Under the pieces are notes generated by a model that was not told the DNA's origin, did no database searches, and saw only the letters and a program-made list of their open reading frames with translations. Shown here in pieces: positions 9,969 to 19,492 of a stretch of 64,000 bases of DNA. The DNA is from Candidatus Hydrogenedentota bacterium (GTDB lineage Bacteria; Hydrogenedentota; Hydrogenedentia; Hydrogenedentales; SLHB01): positions 1,760,001 to 1,824,000 of the forward strand of contig CAXXYE010000009.1 in assembly GCA_963674865.2 (NCBI GenBank), read 5' to 3'. Every line of letters begins with the position of its first letter. Position 1 is the stretch's first letter. The position numbers and the translations under genes are program-made.

Positions 9969-12086
9969 TCACTTGGACTTATCAGGAAGATCTTGCCTGG
10001 ACTCGTCTTTCACGAGCCCGATGGACTCGATGGGGATCTTCTTGAAGCCCAAACTCCAGACGGGGGAGTCCACGCGCAGTCGGAAGTCGGCATTCTCCGG
10101 ATCGATGAAGCCGGGGTCGCCTTCGATGAAATTGCTGTCGAAAGTCACCCAGGCGGGGCCCCATTCCCGGCCGTCGCTTACGGGACGCATGTCGAGCCAG
10201 CGAGGGCCCACGTGGATGTTCCGCGCGATAAGGTTTCGCTTAGGGGCGAGCGGCTCGTCGTCGACAATATTCGCGAGTTCCGGATACTGAGTGGAATAGG
10301 GCGGCTGGTTGTAAGGCACCGATTCCAGGCGGCCATACATGTCCCATCCGCCCTTACGGCTTTCGATAAGCGGACGCGACCAGCCGAGGCCGCGGGCGTC
10401 GAGGTGAATCGAGATATGGGCGTCTACGAAGACATTATTCTCGATGCGGTTGTCGCGTCCGCCACCGAGCATGAGCCCTCGGTGAACCTTGTAGAAGACG
10501 TTGCCGTAAACCTGAACGCCCGAAGCCAAGTCGTCCAGATACACCGCGTTTGAATCCTGGTGCAATCCCCCAAGATGATGAAAGTAGTTGTAACGGATGA
10601 CATTCCCGCGCTCTTCCCAGTTGCGGCCCATATAGAACCCGCCGACGTCCGCCGTTTCGAGACAGAGCCGTGTGAGTTCGTTCAATTCGACGACGTGGTT
10701 GTTGCCACTGAGCAGAATGCCTGCGTGCGGCGCATCGTGGATGTAGTTGTGGCTGACGCGGTTGCCGACCCCTGAGATGGACACGCCGGGACAATAGGTG
10801 CGTTTCCAACGAGCGAAGTGGTGGATGTGGTTGTTGCCGGCGACATGCCCCGCCTCGGACAAGGTCTGTGTGTCACCGCCGGCCAAGCCGATGCCGCGTT
10901 CACCGAGATTGTAGAGATCGCAACTGCGGATCACGTGCTGAACGCCGCCGGACACCAATACCGCGGCGCCGCCCAGGTTGCGGAGTTTGCAGCCGGCGAC
11001 GTTGGCCCTGCTGCCTCCCGTGATGGTTATCCCGTGGCTGTTGCCGCATTCAAACGTCAGGCCGATCAACTGGATGTCCGATGCATCCGCGAGCGCAACA
11101 AGAGGTTCACGTAACAGCGCCAGGATTGCGTCGCCACCGTCGAGGGGCGACGGGGGCCAAAAGTAGATTCGGGAGGTCTGTTGATCAAGATACCATTCGG
11201 AAGGCTCGTCAAGCTCCTCCAAAACGTTCACAAATCGGAACCGCTGCCCCTCTCGAAAGCCGAAGGTGCTCGCCTCGGGATGCTCCAAGACGATGCACTG
11301 CGCTTCCGTATCAATATCCTTTACCTTGAGAAAAGCGTCGTGCCAGTCATACATCCAGTAGCCATGAGCCCAAACATCCCGCACGGTTTGCCAGCGCTGT
11401 GGGCGCTCGCCCGAGTACTGGATGCGATCCGACATCAAGCCGCGCTTTTTCCCGGAAGCGTCGATCATCCGTTGCCCGTTGGGAACGGCGGCGATGGTGG
11501 TCCAGTCTCGGTTTGGCCATTCAGCCAGCCGCATAGGTTCGCCGTCGAAGAAGAGGGCATATTGCCTTACATCCTCGCTTGGACTGGCATCTTTGAGGCG
11601 GGTGATTCCCAGTGCTTCGAGATCGGCGTAGCGCACATGGGCCCGGGCTTGTTCGCCGAAGCGCTCAAGTACACCTTCGTCGGTTACCGGCAGAAACTCC
11701 CGGAGCCTCCGCCCGCCGCTAATGATAGGATGCTCTCCCGGAAACGCACGGTAGACAACCGGCGCGTCTGGTTGGCCGGAGTCCTGTCCGTCAAGCCGGA
11801 ACGCGGCCTCCCGCTCGTACGTGCCCCCGCGTAACAAGACGGTGAATCCTTCCACGGGCTGCGAGGCCCTCTCCTTGAGTCGGCGAATCGCATCGCGCGC
11901 CGCCTCCAACGTCGCGAAAGGCCCGTCACTGACCTCGGCGTCAGGTGACGCCAAGTGCCCACTCCAAGCGTCGTTGCCTTGAGGACTCACAAAGAACTCA
12001 ACGGCCCCCTCCTTGTGTTCGCCCCAAGCGGCAGCCGGAAAGAAACATACGAGCCGGATCGACAACACTAGTAGCAGTCCATTCAT
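9969..12086 (-). CDS. Secreted right-handed parallel beta-helix (pectin-lyase-like) protein, probable carbohydrate-active enzyme
   Basis: Signal-like MNGLLLVLSIRLVCFFPAAAWG, FVSPQGNDAWSG...GPFATLEAARDAIR, Asn-ladder repeats, AVYLDD. Start at 12086 avoids overlap with the next gene. Confidence 0.85.
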   Translation of the reverse strand: MNGLLLVLSIRLVCFFPAAAWGEHKEGAVEFFVSPQGNDAWSGHLASPDAEVSDGPFATLEAARDAIRRLKERASQPVEGFTVLLRGGTYEREAAFRLDGQDSGQPDAPVVYRAFPGEHPIISGGRRLREFLPVTDEGVLERFGEQARAHVRYADLEALGITRLKDASPSEDVRQYALFFDGEPMRLAEWPNRDWTTIAAVPNGQRMIDASGKKRGLMSDRIQYSGERPQRWQTVRDVWAHGYWMYDWHDAFLKVKDIDTEAQCIVLEHPEASTFGFREGQRFRFVNVLEELDEPSEWYLDQQTSRIYFWPPSPLDGGDAILALLREPLVALADASDIQLIGLTFECGNSHGITITGGSRANVAGCKLRNLGGAAVLVSGGVQHVIRSCDLYNLGERGIGLAGGDTQTLSEAGHVAGNNHIHHFARWKRTYCPGVSISGVGNRVSHNYIHDAPHAGILLSGNNHVVELNELTRLCLETADVGGFYMGRNWEERGNVIRYNYFHHLGGLHQDSNAVYLDDLASGVQVYGNVFYKVHRGLMLGGGRDNRIENNVFVDAHISIHLDARGLGWSRPLIESRKGGWDMYGRLESVPYNQPPYSTQYPELANIVDDEPLAPKRNLIARNIHVGPRWLDMRPVSDGREWGPAWVTFDSNFIEGDPGFIDPENADFRLRVDSPVWSLGFKKIPIESIGLVKDESRQDLPDKSK

Positions 12087-12291
12087 GCTGAATCGAAATC
12101 CTTTGTGTGGCTGTATGGCGCCAAGACATGTCCTCTCTTCGGAAGTGTAGTCCATCCTGCGTCGCCTTACCAAGGCCCCAGACATGCGTAGAGATCCTAT
12201 CGCCGCCGAGGCTCGCTTTGCGCGCACACGGGATCTATAATCGGCGGCCACGGATTGGGGAACTGGGGCGCATGCACTGGGGAGATGGATT

Positions 12292-14706
12292 ATGAATGCG
12301 CAACGAACTGAGCAACGTGGCGAATCCAATGGCACAACCGCGGCGCTGAAAGGCGCGCGCCTCTTTCCAGAACACCTACTGCACGCCGAATGGGTGCGCT
12401 TCGAGGCGGCGGGATACAAGGCGCCAGTAACCGGCGTGGTGTACCGGGGCCAGCCGCGGCCGACATGCGGGATGCCCCTCGGCGGGCTCGACACCGGTTG
12501 CGTGGATATCGAAGCCAACGGCATGCTCGGTTACAGCACGCTCTTCAATCATTTGGTGAAGCCGAGGCTGCTGCTGAACGCCCCCTTCATGGGATTGAGC
12601 GTGGGGGACACGACATGGGCGCTCGTTTCGGATCGGCTCGCGAAGCGGGATCGGCCGATTCACAGCCCCGCGGCCCTGTTTCCATCGACCGACTACTCCC
12701 CGGCCTATTCCGACGTCGGGCTCGAAGGCGTGCGCATCGCCAAGTGGATCGACTACTGGGGCCACTATCCCATTTTGGACATGGAGTACGAGACGGACGC
12801 GCCGATCTCGGTGGGCGTGCGTGCGTGGTCGCCCTTCATCCCGGGCGACACGGCGGCCTCGATGATGCCGGCCGCGTGTTTCGAGATACACCTCCGCAAC
12901 GCGACGGACGCGCCGCAGGAGGGTGCTTTCGCCTTCACCTTCCCCGGCTTCGAGCAACCCGAAGGCGCGGAAGCCATGACTCGGGAGCCGCTGGAAGGCG
13001 CTCTGAACGGTGTGTGTGTCGCGGGCCCGCGTCAGGGCGACCCCTGGGAGATGAGCTACGTGGTTGCGGCGTTGGACGGCGAATCCGTTCGCATTGGGGG
13101 GCCCCTGGCCTGCGATGGCCCCGCGTGGGCGGCGATGGGCCGGCAATTGCCCGAAGCCGGGGAAAGCGAGACGGGAGCGACGGTGGCTTGCGATTTCTCC
13201 CTCGATGCCGGCGAGGCCAAGACGCTCCGGCTGGTGTTCGCATGGTACGCCCCGCACTGGCGCGGAGGCGGCGCGCCGAGTCACATAGAGACGGACGCCT
13301 TCAGCCACATGTATGCCAAGCACTACCTGAGTGCTCAGGCTGCGGCCGAAGCGATGGCGGCAAATCACGAGGCGCTTCTCTCTCGCGTCATCGCCTGGCA
13401 GGAGGCCGTCCACGCGGAGCCCGAAATGCCCGGCTGGCTCGCGGACGCCCTCATCAACAACCTGCACCTTATCACCGAGTGCGGCGTCTGGGGACAGGCG
13501 AAAGAGCCCATCGGCGCATGGTGCCGGCCCGAGGACGGGCTGTTCGGCATGAACGAATGCCCCCGCGGCTGTCCGCAGATCGAGTGTCTGCCGTGCAGTT
13601 TCTACGGCAACGTGCCCGTCGTCTACTTCTTCCCGGATGCGGCGCTCTCGACGCTTCGCGGTTATATGGCTTACCAGTTCGACGACGGCCGGCCGCCCTG
13701 GATCTTCAGCGGCTGCACCGCGCAGGAGCCGGACAAGAAGCAGCCCTTCGGATTGGCCTCACCCGTGAAAGGCTACCAGACGGTGCTCAACGGGGCCTGC
13801 TACGCCGTCATGCTGGATCGGCTCTGGCGCGTGTCGGAGGATGACGCCCTGCTGCGCGAGTTCTGGGACTCGATGAAGCGGTGTACCGACTTCTCGATGA
13901 ATCTTCGCCCGGCCTACGGGCATTCGCAGGTCGTCGCCATGCCCACCTCCGGCACCGATAGCGGCGGCCTCGGCGATACGGAGTGGTTTGAGGCCCCCGA
14001 GCCCGGTTGGCGCGGCTACACCACGCACGCCGGCGGCGTGCGCATGGCGCAGGTGGCGATTGTCCGGCGCATGGCCGAAGCCATGCGCGATGCGGACTAC
14101 GCCGCCAAGTGCGACGCCTGGCTCGAGGCCGGCGCGGCCGCGTTGGAGGAGCACCTGTGGACGGGCCGGTACTACCTGAACTTCCATGAGCCTGAGACGG
14201 GCGAGAAGTCGGAACTCGTGTTCGGATACCAGCTCGATGGGCAGTGGATTGCCCGCTGGCACGGCGTGCCCGGCGTGTTTCCGGACGAGCGCGTGGCAAC
14301 GACCCTCGATACGCTCCGGCTCAACTGCGACCTCAGTCAGTCGGGCGCGGTGAACTACGCCAATCCCGACGGCACCCGCGCCAAGGTCGGCGGCTACGGG
14401 CCCTACAGCTATTTCCCGCCGGAGCTGATGATGTTGGCCATGACCTACATGTACGAAGGGCGCGGCGGATTCGGCCTCGACCTCCTACGCCGCTGCATGC
14501 ACAACATCACCTGCCGCTGGGCCTACACCTGGGACGCCCCGAACATCATGCGCGGCGACAACGACACGGGCCAGCGCACCTTCGGCGCCGACTACTACCA
14601 GGACATGATGCTCTGGGCCGTCCCCGCGGCATTGCGCGGCGAGCCGCTCACCGGCCCATGTTGCGAAGACGGCCTCGTGGCGCGCGTCCTCGCTGCCGGC
14701 GCGTAG
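12292..14706 (+). CDS. GH116 (GBA2-like) glycoside hydrolase
   Basis: GMPLGGLDTG (GH116 N-terminal motif), AWSPFIPGD..AS.MPA, LINNL, LWTGRYY, QLDGQW. Confidence 0.75.
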   Translation: MNAQRTEQRGESNGTTAALKGARLFPEHLLHAEWVRFEAAGYKAPVTGVVYRGQPRPTCGMPLGGLDTGCVDIEANGMLGYSTLFNHLVKPRLLLNAPFMGLSVGDTTWALVSDRLAKRDRPIHSPAALFPSTDYSPAYSDVGLEGVRIAKWIDYWGHYPILDMEYETDAPISVGVRAWSPFIPGDTAASMMPAACFEIHLRNATDAPQEGAFAFTFPGFEQPEGAEAMTREPLEGALNGVCVAGPRQGDPWEMSYVVAALDGESVRIGGPLACDGPAWAAMGRQLPEAGESETGATVACDFSLDAGEAKTLRLVFAWYAPHWRGGGAPSHIETDAFSHMYAKHYLSAQAAAEAMAANHEALLSRVIAWQEAVHAEPEMPGWLADALINNLHLITECGVWGQAKEPIGAWCRPEDGLFGMNECPRGCPQIECLPCSFYGNVPVVYFFPDAALSTLRGYMAYQFDDGRPPWIFSGCTAQEPDKKQPFGLASPVKGYQTVLNGACYAVMLDRLWRVSEDDALLREFWDSMKRCTDFSMNLRPAYGHSQVVAMPTSGTDSGGLGDTEWFEAPEPGWRGYTTHAGGVRMAQVAIVRRMAEAMRDADYAAKCDAWLEAGAAALEEHLWTGRYYLNFHEPETGEKSELVFGYQLDGQWIARWHGVPGVFPDERVATTLDTLRLNCDLSQSGAVNYANPDGTRAKVGGYGPYSYFPPELMMLAMTYMYEGRGGFGLDLLRRCMHNITCRWAYTWDAPNIMRGDNDTGQRTFGADYYQDMMLWAVPAALRGEPLTGPCCEDGLVARVLAAGA

Positions 14707-14730
14707 CGCAGGCCCTCCACCCTGCCGGAG

Positions 14731-14755
14731 ATTGTGGTGCAGGCATCCTGCCTGC
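14731..14755. repeat. REP-like palindrome (TGTGGYGCAGGC-N5-GCCTGC family)
   Basis: Reverse-oriented relatives at 49791..49825 and 49857..49891. Confidence 0.65.
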
Positions 14756-14820
14756 CTCCGGCGCGCGTGCTTGGGACATAGGACCACGCCGACGTGCCCA
14801 TTTTGAACCGCCTTGCGCTG

Positions 14821-14849
14821 TTGACAGCCCCGGGGTGCCGGCGTATACT
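14821..14849 (+). promoter_or_regulatory. Sigma-70 promoter upstream of the cobalamin riboswitch
   Basis: TTGACA-17 bp-TATACT. Confidence 0.85.
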
Positions 14850-14869
14850 CGCTCCTCGTCACATATATA

Positions 14870-15060
14870 GAAGCATGGGCCGTAACATCGAAAGGAGGTG
14901 AATTCGCTAAGAATCGAAAACGGGTAAGGGAAGAGCGGTGCAAATCCGTCGCAGGCGCGCTGCTGTAACCGGGGACGAAAGCCGCAACCATGCCACTGCC
15001 CTACGGGGCGGGAAGGCGCGGTGACTAGGACGAGCCGGAAGCCAGAAGACCTACCCACAT
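14870..15060 (+). ncRNA. Cobalamin (B12) riboswitch
   Basis: Conserved blocks in the expected order: AAGGGAA, CGGTGCAAATCCG, GCTGTAA, GCCACTG (14992), GGGAAGGC (15010), AGCCAGAAGACCT (15040, B12 box). Ends are approximate. Confidence 0.95.
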
Positions 15061-15207
15061 CAAGTTGTTAATGCAGCAACTTCGCGAGAAGGGTTGCCGC
15101 AGGATATACGGCCATTCGGCCATTCCTGCCTACGTTTTCTCGCCCTTATTCTCGTTAGTTTCAGGCAATTGTTGTGTTATGCCAACACAGTGAGAAAGGG
15201 TGAAATT

Positions 15208-16245
15208 GTGAGCAAAGTATTATTCGTCTCCATAGTGCTGGGGTCCGGCGTGGTGCTGATCGCCGCACCCGCCGCTGCCCAGGACTACACGTCCTACAAA
15301 CACTTCCCGTCACCGGTTGGATACTTCGTTATGTGTACCGACCTATCCGATGGGCGACTGCTCGTCTGGGACGGCGAAAGCCTCTATCTTCAAGACGAGC
15401 CCAGCCTCGACCGCTTCACGGCCATCGCCACGGGCTATTCCGGCGACCCCGCGTTTATCGCCCTCTCGCCGGATGGCCACACCGTGCTGCTCGGCACCGG
15501 CTACGGCGGCGGAGACAATCTGTACGTCTTCGACGTTGACGCGCCGAAAGATGCCTCAGAGAATCCCTCCATTGGCGTTCTCAGTCATTACTGGGGCGCC
15601 TTCCTCACCGCCGACCTCGTGGTGATCGACAGGGTGAAGAGCGACTACAGCACCACCGAACTCGGTGTCTTCTCCCTGTCTGGGGGCGTAGCCTCCTACA
15701 AGAGCATTATCGACAAGCCCGCCGCCGCCGCCATACCGGCGGGGCAAGGCGTGGCCTCGTCGGCGCTGGCCGTCGACGCCGCCGGCGCCTATGTGTACGC
15801 CATGGACTATCTCTACGACTACGCAACCTGGGCCCTTCAGAGCAACCAGCTCAGGCGTGTGTCGGCCGCCGACCTGATCGCCGCCTACAACACGTCCGGC
15901 ACGCTGGCCTGGACCGCGCAAACCGCCATCGGCGCCTCGGGCGCCTACGACGGCTCCGGCCCGAGCGATGTGACGACCGCCGGCAAGGTGCTTGTCGGCG
16001 GAAACGCCATACAGATGGTCGATCCCGGTACCGGCGCCATCGACGAGACCCTAACGCCCGATACGGCGGCTTACCCCTGGTATACCGCCCTGTACAACGC
16101 GGCTCTGAGCCATATCTACGGCGTTTCCAGTGGCACCGGCTGGGTGCCGGAAGCCGACTACGTAGGCCTGCCGGCAATCGGCGCGGCGGGGCTCTTGCTA
16201 CTGACCGCGGGGTTGGCCCGATCCATGTATCGCAGGCTCCGGTGA
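15208..16245 (+). CDS. Secreted beta-rich (propeller-like) protein with C-terminal LP-type sorting tail; first gene after the riboswitch
   Basis: GTG start after GAGAAAGGGTGA; signal peptide ending PAAAQ; PAFIALSPDG and LAVDAAGAYVY blade-like motifs; tail LPAIGAAGLLLLTAGLARSMYRRLR. Confidence 0.8.
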   Translation: MSKVLFVSIVLGSGVVLIAAPAAAQDYTSYKHFPSPVGYFVMCTDLSDGRLLVWDGESLYLQDEPSLDRFTAIATGYSGDPAFIALSPDGHTVLLGTGYGGGDNLYVFDVDAPKDASENPSIGVLSHYWGAFLTADLVVIDRVKSDYSTTELGVFSLSGGVASYKSIIDKPAAAAIPAGQGVASSALAVDAAGAYVYAMDYLYDYATWALQSNQLRRVSAADLIAAYNTSGTLAWTAQTAIGASGAYDGSGPSDVTTAGKVLVGGNAIQMVDPGTGAIDETLTPDTAAYPWYTALYNAALSHIYGVSSGTGWVPEADYVGLPAIGAAGLLLLTAGLARSMYRRLR

Positions 16246-16332
16246 TGAGCCCTCGATACGCAGAGTGAAGAACCACCGGCCGGGGCCGCACCGCAAGGCG
16301 CGGCCTCGGCCTTACCGATAGGATGGAGTGGT

Positions 16333-18516
16333 GTGATGAGCACGAGAGACGGCCTCGTTAGCTTCCTGGCCACGGCCGCCGGCTGCCTCGCCGCCTGCAT
16401 GGCGGCCGCCGATCCCTGGGCCGACGCGGTGATCGAGTATGCTCCCCTTTCGGCCGCCTCGGGATACGACGACCCCGACGAAGCATTGGGGCCGCCAAGC
16501 GGCGGAGGGCCCTCCACCCCAGACAATAGCTCTGTCGTAAGTCTGGGGACCTGCTCCGAGAGCGATCGCGGCTACCTCGTTCTTTCTTTCGATGACCCCG
16601 TCCTCGACGACCCCGCCAACCCCTTCGGACTCGACTGCATCGTCTACTCAAACGCCTTCTGGGTGGGCGGAAACTCCCAACGGAAATTCCAGGAACCCGC
16701 CCTCATCGAGATCAGCGAGGATGTCAACGGCGACGGCCTGGCCAACGACCCGTGGTACCTCATCCCCGGCAGCCGATCATACTCCTACGCGGCCTTCCCG
16801 ATGGTGGTCGAGCCCGCCGGTATCTCAAATGCCTCTCCGAACGAACTGGTTCTCGCGGGAAACATCACCAATCCGAACCTGCTCTTGGACAGTGATTCCA
16901 GCAATGACAATATCGAGTACAACTGGGGATATGCCGAGATGAGTCCCACCCTCGTGCCTTATCTCGACAACTACGTTCGCCCCGACGATCCTCTGAGCGT
17001 CGGCATGACCTCCCGGAGCGGCGGCGGCGACGCCTTTGATATCCAATGGGCCGTGGATAGCGCCGGGCAAGCGGCCGGCATCGACCGCTTCCACTTCATC
17101 AGGCTCAGCGCCTTTGTCCAGCGCGATATGCAGCAGTTTCTCGACGCCAGTCCCGAAATCGACGCCGTCGTGGACGTCGCGCCCGAAGTCGATACCGACG
17201 AAGACGGGATCCTCGACGTATACGAGGAAGAAGTCGCCGGCACCGATCCGGATCGCCCGGAAAGCACCATGCTGCCCCTCGAAATCCCCGACATAGAGGG
17301 CGGCAGCCCGTCAGGCGCCCAACTCGGCACGGCGCATGACGCCCTGGGAGACCGGATCACCCTGTATGCCGATGAGGCCCGCACCGACACCGGCCGCGCC
17401 TACAGCGTCAACGTAGACATTATCGAGCCCAGCGACCCGGGCGGAGCCTTGCCCGACGAAGCGCTCGTCAAGAGCAGCGCGGTTCGGCGCTTCAAGGCGT
17501 CCATATCCGACTTCGTGTCCGCGGGCATTCAGAAAGCCGAGCTAACCATCCACTATACGGCTTCCGAGATCACCGGCCTGGACGAAGCATCCCTTCAGCC
17601 TTACCGCTTGGTGAGCGGCGCCTACGTCCAAACGGGAATCTCCGATGTTACCGTCAACGCGGACGCAAACGAGCTGACATTTCGCAGCCGCTATCCCGGC
17701 CTCTTCCTTCTTGCCTCCACGGCAGGCGCCGGTGATACGGGGCCCGCGCCGCCCCCGGCAGGGGCCATCACGCTAACCGCCGACCCTGCCGGCCAATGCG
17801 TCGCCAACCCCGCCAATACTGTCCAGGTGGCCAGCGCCGCCATCATGGATACCGTCGGCGATGTTGTCCGCGACGGCGCCTTGATCACGGTGACCACCGA
17901 CTACGGCGTCATCGCCACAGCCGATGCCGACGCGCAACAGGCCGGCGTCCAAGTGGCCACGAGCGGCGGCGCGATAACCTTTGAGGTTCAGCCGCCGACC
18001 CGTGTGCGTCAGGCCAGGTTCACCGCGACCTCCGTCGAAGGTACGGCAACCGGCTCCCTCGACTATGCCTTTATAGCCGGCGCTCCATCGCGCGGCGTCT
18101 ATCTGCGCATGCAAGAGCCCGTCGGCACCGGCCCTGTGTCCCTCGGCATGACCCCCGGCCCGCCCGGCGTGACGGACATGTATGCCAACACCGTCGCTGA
18201 CGGCGCCGAGCTCACCCTTACAACCTCCGGCGCCACGATCCTCAGCGTCGATGCCGACACCGCCACGCCCGGCTTCCAGGTAACGACTAGAAACGGCTAC
18301 TTCTCTTTCACCGTTGAGACCCCCGCCTTGGACGGCACCTTCCAGGTCGCCATCTATGCCGACGCCGCGCAGTCCCGCCTCATAGGCGGAGGAACCTACA
18401 CACCGGATGAGTACGTCCCGTTGCCCATGCGCGCGCGGGACTTGTTTGTTGCACTGTTCATAGCTGCGGCCCTCGCCCTGCGTCGAGGGGCCGCCACAAA
18501 GACGAGGGGCCGTTAA
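16333..18516 (+). CDS. Cell-surface protein with BtuH-like putative cobalamin-binding domain, acidic Ca-binding-like repeat, Ig-like domains and sorting tail
   Basis: ALGPP...VSLG...LSFDDPV.D...DCIVYSNAF...EPALIEISEDVNGDGLANDPWY...FDIQWAVD...FIRL follows the motif order I recall for Bacteroides BtuH-type domains; DTDEDGILDVYE; tail LPMRARDLFVALFIAAALALRR. Confidence 0.75.
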   Translation: MMSTRDGLVSFLATAAGCLAACMAAADPWADAVIEYAPLSAASGYDDPDEALGPPSGGGPSTPDNSSVVSLGTCSESDRGYLVLSFDDPVLDDPANPFGLDCIVYSNAFWVGGNSQRKFQEPALIEISEDVNGDGLANDPWYLIPGSRSYSYAAFPMVVEPAGISNASPNELVLAGNITNPNLLLDSDSSNDNIEYNWGYAEMSPTLVPYLDNYVRPDDPLSVGMTSRSGGGDAFDIQWAVDSAGQAAGIDRFHFIRLSAFVQRDMQQFLDASPEIDAVVDVAPEVDTDEDGILDVYEEEVAGTDPDRPESTMLPLEIPDIEGGSPSGAQLGTAHDALGDRITLYADEARTDTGRAYSVNVDIIEPSDPGGALPDEALVKSSAVRRFKASISDFVSAGIQKAELTIHYTASEITGLDEASLQPYRLVSGAYVQTGISDVTVNADANELTFRSRYPGLFLLASTAGAGDTGPAPPPAGAITLTADPAGQCVANPANTVQVASAAIMDTVGDVVRDGALITVTTDYGVIATADADAQQAGVQVATSGGAITFEVQPPTRVRQARFTATSVEGTATGSLDYAFIAGAPSRGVYLRMQEPVGTGPVSLGMTPGPPGVTDMYANTVADGAELTLTTSGATILSVDADTATPGFQVTTRNGYFSFTVETPALDGTFQVAIYADAAQSRLIGGGTYTPDEYVPLPMRARDLFVALFIAAALALRRGAATKTRGR

Positions 18517-19380
18517 ATGTCACGCCGTTCCGGACTCACACTGATCGAGGTGTTGGTTGTGGTAGCCATCATCGGCATCCTTTTTTCGATATTGCTGCCC
18601 GTGCTCTCCAAGGTTAAGCAACGCGCGTATTCCGTCCAGTGCGTCAACAACCTGCGACAGCTCTTTCTCGCCAACACCATGTACGCCGACGAGAATAACG
18701 GGCGCTATTGCCCCGCCGCTCCCGATATCAACGACGGCTTCGGCGGACGAGTCCGCTGGCATGGACGCCGCGAGACGGCCGACTCAAACAGCGCCTTCGA
18801 TCCCAGGAAGGGCCTGCTCACCGAATACATGCCCGAGCAGGAGGTGCTGCAATGCCCTGTCTTCATGGAATACGCCAAACTCGGCGAAGGAGTCCTAGCT
18901 TTCGAGGCAGGCACGGGCGGATACGGATACAACGCGGCCTATGTCGGCGGCACGTACCGTGTGGACAGCTATACCGACGCCCCGAAAAACGGCGTCTCCG
19001 CCAGTTCGATAGGCTCACCCGTCAACACGATCATGTTCGCCGACGCCGCCATCCCGGTCGAAGACGACCTGGTCGAGTACGGCTTCCTCGAACCGCCCTA
19101 CTTCGTCAATCAGGACTATCCCAAGGGCTGCCCCGACTGGGGCCACCCATCGCCCAGTATCCACTTCCGCCATCTCCGAACCGCCAACGTTATCTGGTGT
19201 GACGGCCACGTCACCGCCGAGAGGTTCGGCTGGACCACCGATTTCAACATCTACAACGGCAACAACCGGCGCTGGGGCGTGGGATGGTTCCGCCACAAGA
19301 ACAACTACTTCTTCGACAGCGACATGAAGGGCGGCTATCCGATTGACTCCGAAGGCAATCCCGTGCCGTCACCCTATTAA
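18517..19380 (+). CDS. Prepilin-type N-terminal cleavage/methylation protein with H-X9-DG motif (DUF1559-like)
   Basis: SG|LTLIEVLVVVAIIGIL, CVNNLRQL, YGYN, FRHLRTANVIWCDGHV. ATG directly follows the upstream TAA. Confidence 0.92.
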   Translation: MSRRSGLTLIEVLVVVAIIGILFSILLPVLSKVKQRAYSVQCVNNLRQLFLANTMYADENNGRYCPAAPDINDGFGGRVRWHGRRETADSNSAFDPRKGLLTEYMPEQEVLQCPVFMEYAKLGEGVLAFEAGTGGYGYNAAYVGGTYRVDSYTDAPKNGVSASSIGSPVNTIMFADAAIPVEDDLVEYGFLEPPYFVNQDYPKGCPDWGHPSPSIHFRHLRTANVIWCDGHVTAERFGWTTDFNIYNGNNRRWGVGWFRHKNNYFFDSDMKGGYPIDSEGNPVPSPY

Positions 19381-19492
19381 GCCACGCACAGCAAGACGCG
19401 CGGGCCTGCCATTGCCAGGAAGTTCACGTCGCCGCGCGGCGGCCCATTTCATGACGGCTCAATCGGTGCCTGCCGCCGGATGGAAGCGGCCG

